Position numbers and translations under genes: made by a program
NCBI RefSeq assembly: GCF_006345805.1
Contig: NW_021827313.1
Location: forward strand, 1 to 10,712
Length of the DNA stretch: 10,712 nucleotides
DNA from: Octopus sinensis
Lineage: Eukaryota
Direction: 5' to 3'
Shown here: piece after piece, positions 8,496 through 10,712 of the stretch
Position numbering within the stretch: position 1 is the first letter of the stretch
Layout: each line of letters starts with the position of its first letter
Notes under the pieces: generated by a model
What the model was told of the DNA's origin: nothing
Databases searched by the model: none
The model's input: only the letters and a program-made list of their open reading frames with translations

Positions 8496-8872
8496 CACAC
8501 ATAAGGTAGATTGGTGTAGTTTACTGAGTATGGAACAGCAGAGATCTGCTTGTAATGTACACCTACTCCCAGAAACAGCTATAAAGACCTACCTACACTT
8601 ACTTATTCATCGCTTTCGAGATTTCCACCAACGATCCTATGGATTCTATTTTCTTATCCAGGTCGAATCAACACGAAGGACCCCTCGAACCCACTTCTAC
8701 TTCATCAACGTTCCTATTTCCCGATTTTTGTCCTAGATGTGTACCTGTCTGTGCCGAAGTCTAATGAAGTTTCATTTTTCAGAGTCTTAGTTTTCTTCTA
8801 TATTTATCTATTGTATTCTCTCTCTTGTATAGATATGCTCTAAACGTAATTGTCTGATCATATTTTATTCTG

Positions 8873-8874
<2 letters not shown>

Positions 8875-8953
<79 letters not shown>
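8875..8953. repeat. Perfect (AC)n, 79 bp
   Basis: Directly visible. Confidence 0.98.
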
Positions 8954-8957
<4 letters not shown>

Positions 8958-8975
8958 CATATTTTACATTTATAC

Positions 8976-9050
8976 AAATGGCGGTGCCCTAGCAAAATGG
9001 CGGTGCCCCAGCATGGCCACAGCTCATGAGCTGAAACTAGAATCAATCAA
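8976..9050 (+). mobile_element. Isolated SINE 3' end (family B-like) with a duplicated 5' junction
   Basis: GGCGGTGCCCCAGCATGGCCACAGCTC..TGAAAC matches the 3' end of the 2386-2786 SINE. The tail is (AATC)n. Confidence 0.75.
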
Positions 9051-9234
9051 TCATGTATTTATGTGAGGTATATTTGCCATCTCAATATGGCTAACCACTA
9101 AGGGTGGATGTTACTGTAGCTTGTAGCCCTAGGAGAACATCTTCTCCAGCTGACTATTGACACACTTTCTGTCCCCTATCGGTATTTGCAAAGGGAGGTC
9201 ATGCATGAATACACACATACGCACAGGTACAGTT

Positions 9235-9610
9235 ATCCATCCATCCATCCATCCATCCATGTATGCATGCATGCATCCATCCATCAGCCCACATATATAC
9301 AGATATGTGCACTCATGTGTGATTATGTGTGTGTGCAAGAGAGAGAGAGAAGAGAGAGAGAAAGAGAGAGAGAGAGAGGGGGGAGAATTTCTTTATTCAC
9401 CATAAGGTCCAGAAAAAAAAGGGACAATACGGGGACAGACAAAACAAACGTTGGGGTCAGGATATCGAATGAGACGAAACGTATGAATAAACAAACAATT
9501 AAAGTATATACAATTAAATGAGAATGAGTGATTAGGGAGAGAGGGAGAGAGAGAAGGAGAGAGAGAGGGAGAGAGAGAGAAATGGAGTTTGTGTATGTGT
9601 GTATACTTGT
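9235..9610. repeat. Scattered (ATCC)n, (GCAT)n, (GA)n and (GT)n microsatellites
   Basis: (ATCC)n at 9235-9260, (GA)n at about 9337-9378 and 9535-9580. Confidence 0.85.
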
Positions 9611-9910
9611 AAACATTGAAGCACATCATTAAATGCAACCATGGAAGTACGTGCGAGTGTGCCCTTTTAAATGTGTCTAAATATAAATTTTAATACCCTA
9701 TAAACTGGAATCTTGTAAAGATCCCTTCCGTTCCCAAGACGGAGATTGCACCATAGTAACAAGAAAAAAGTAACTGTTCTCTATCAGCCACTACAATACA
9801 ATGTCCCGGTGTAATGGAATGCAGAGCGTTGTAAGCTGCAACGATTAATTGTGCAATTAAAGTATTTACTCTAGATCATAGATTGAGTTCTTTGTTACTT
9901 TGTTTTACAG

Positions 9911-9947
9911 TATACGTGATCGCACTGTCAAGCGTACTATTAATTGC
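9911..9947 (+). other. Candidate 37-nt micro-exon
   Basis: Pyrimidine tract TTCTTTGTTACTTTGTTTTACAG ending at 9910 and donor GC/GTATGT at 9948-9953. Two frames are open (YVIALSSVLLI and IRDRTVKRTINC). There is no transcript evidence. Confidence 0.35.
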
Positions 9948-9949
9948 GT

Positions 9950-10440
9950 ATGTGTGGATGTATGTGTGAGCATACATACACATATACATATGCATACATA
10001 TCCATGCACACACACACACACATAATATATATATATGTATATATATGAGTACGTATATATATATATATGTATATATATGTGTATATATATATATATATAA
10101 CATATATTGCATATATTATATATATTAAATATCATATATATATACATATGCATATATAAATATGTGTGTGTATGTGTGTTTGTGTGTGTATATATATACA
10201 TATGTATGTGTGTGTATGTGTGTATGTGTGTGAATATAAATATATTATGTATGTATGTATGTATGTATATCTATATAAAGCAAGTAAATATATGCATATA
10301 CACTCATATATAGAGAAATACCTGTATACAAATATCTAGATTCATATATACATACATACATAATACACGCACACGCATATACATATATATATATGCATAC
10401 ATCTGGCATAGACACATGGCATACACACACATACACAGGA
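9950..10440. repeat. Compound (TA)/(TG)/(CA)/(TATG) microsatellite block
   Basis: Directly visible. Confidence 0.95.
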
Positions 10441-10712
10441 AAACACATCGTTCGCACGTTTCATCCATCTCCCTCCTTAGAACCTCTTTACCTCACTAAT
10501 CACTCCCAGCCCAACTCCCTTTCCCAGCTCACCTCCATCTTCCTGTTGGTCTCAAATCTATCATCGTTTGTGCATGAAATTGAGTTCAAAAGTCCATTCA
10601 AAATGGCGACGCACGTGAAATGTAGGAGCCATTTTGCTTCCATCTCTTACCGCAATTCAGCATTTCCTTCCCTTCTTTCTTTCTTTCTTTGTTTCTGTTT
10701 GCATTTCTTTCT

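Noticed and set aside
8500-8790. Possible exon in the unique island (minus-strand GTAAGT donor near 8590, plus-strand acceptor TTTCATTTTTCAG at 8782)
   Set aside because: No matching splice-site pair encloses a credible open frame.
6897-10457. Numerous ER-, LS-, YI- and CV-rich ORFs
   Set aside because: These are dinucleotide and tetranucleotide microsatellite artefacts.

Overview
AT-rich, repeat-saturated eukaryotic DNA with no intact protein-coding gene, probably intronic or intergenic. The SINE families and microsatellite density look like an Octopus genome; this is recognition from memory, not a database result. From left to right: a decayed R4/Dong-clade non-LTR reverse transcriptase (1-1265); three tRNA-derived SINEs; then a nested cluster (3375-5410). 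The cluster holds a mariner C-terminal fragment, a Tx1-like LINE fragment and an internally deleted RTE-clade LINE on the minus strand. The RTE in turn contains a short solo LTR with a target-site duplication and an 88-bp insertion apparently copied from the neighbouring SINE, followed by a 16-bp tandem triplet. Long compound microsatellites, further SINEs and a few unique islands follow. These islands contain a candidate 37-nt micro-exon, a nuclear-receptor half-site cluster and an inverted YY1-like pair around an E-box. Most ORFs in the supplied track are microsatellite or antisense artefacts.
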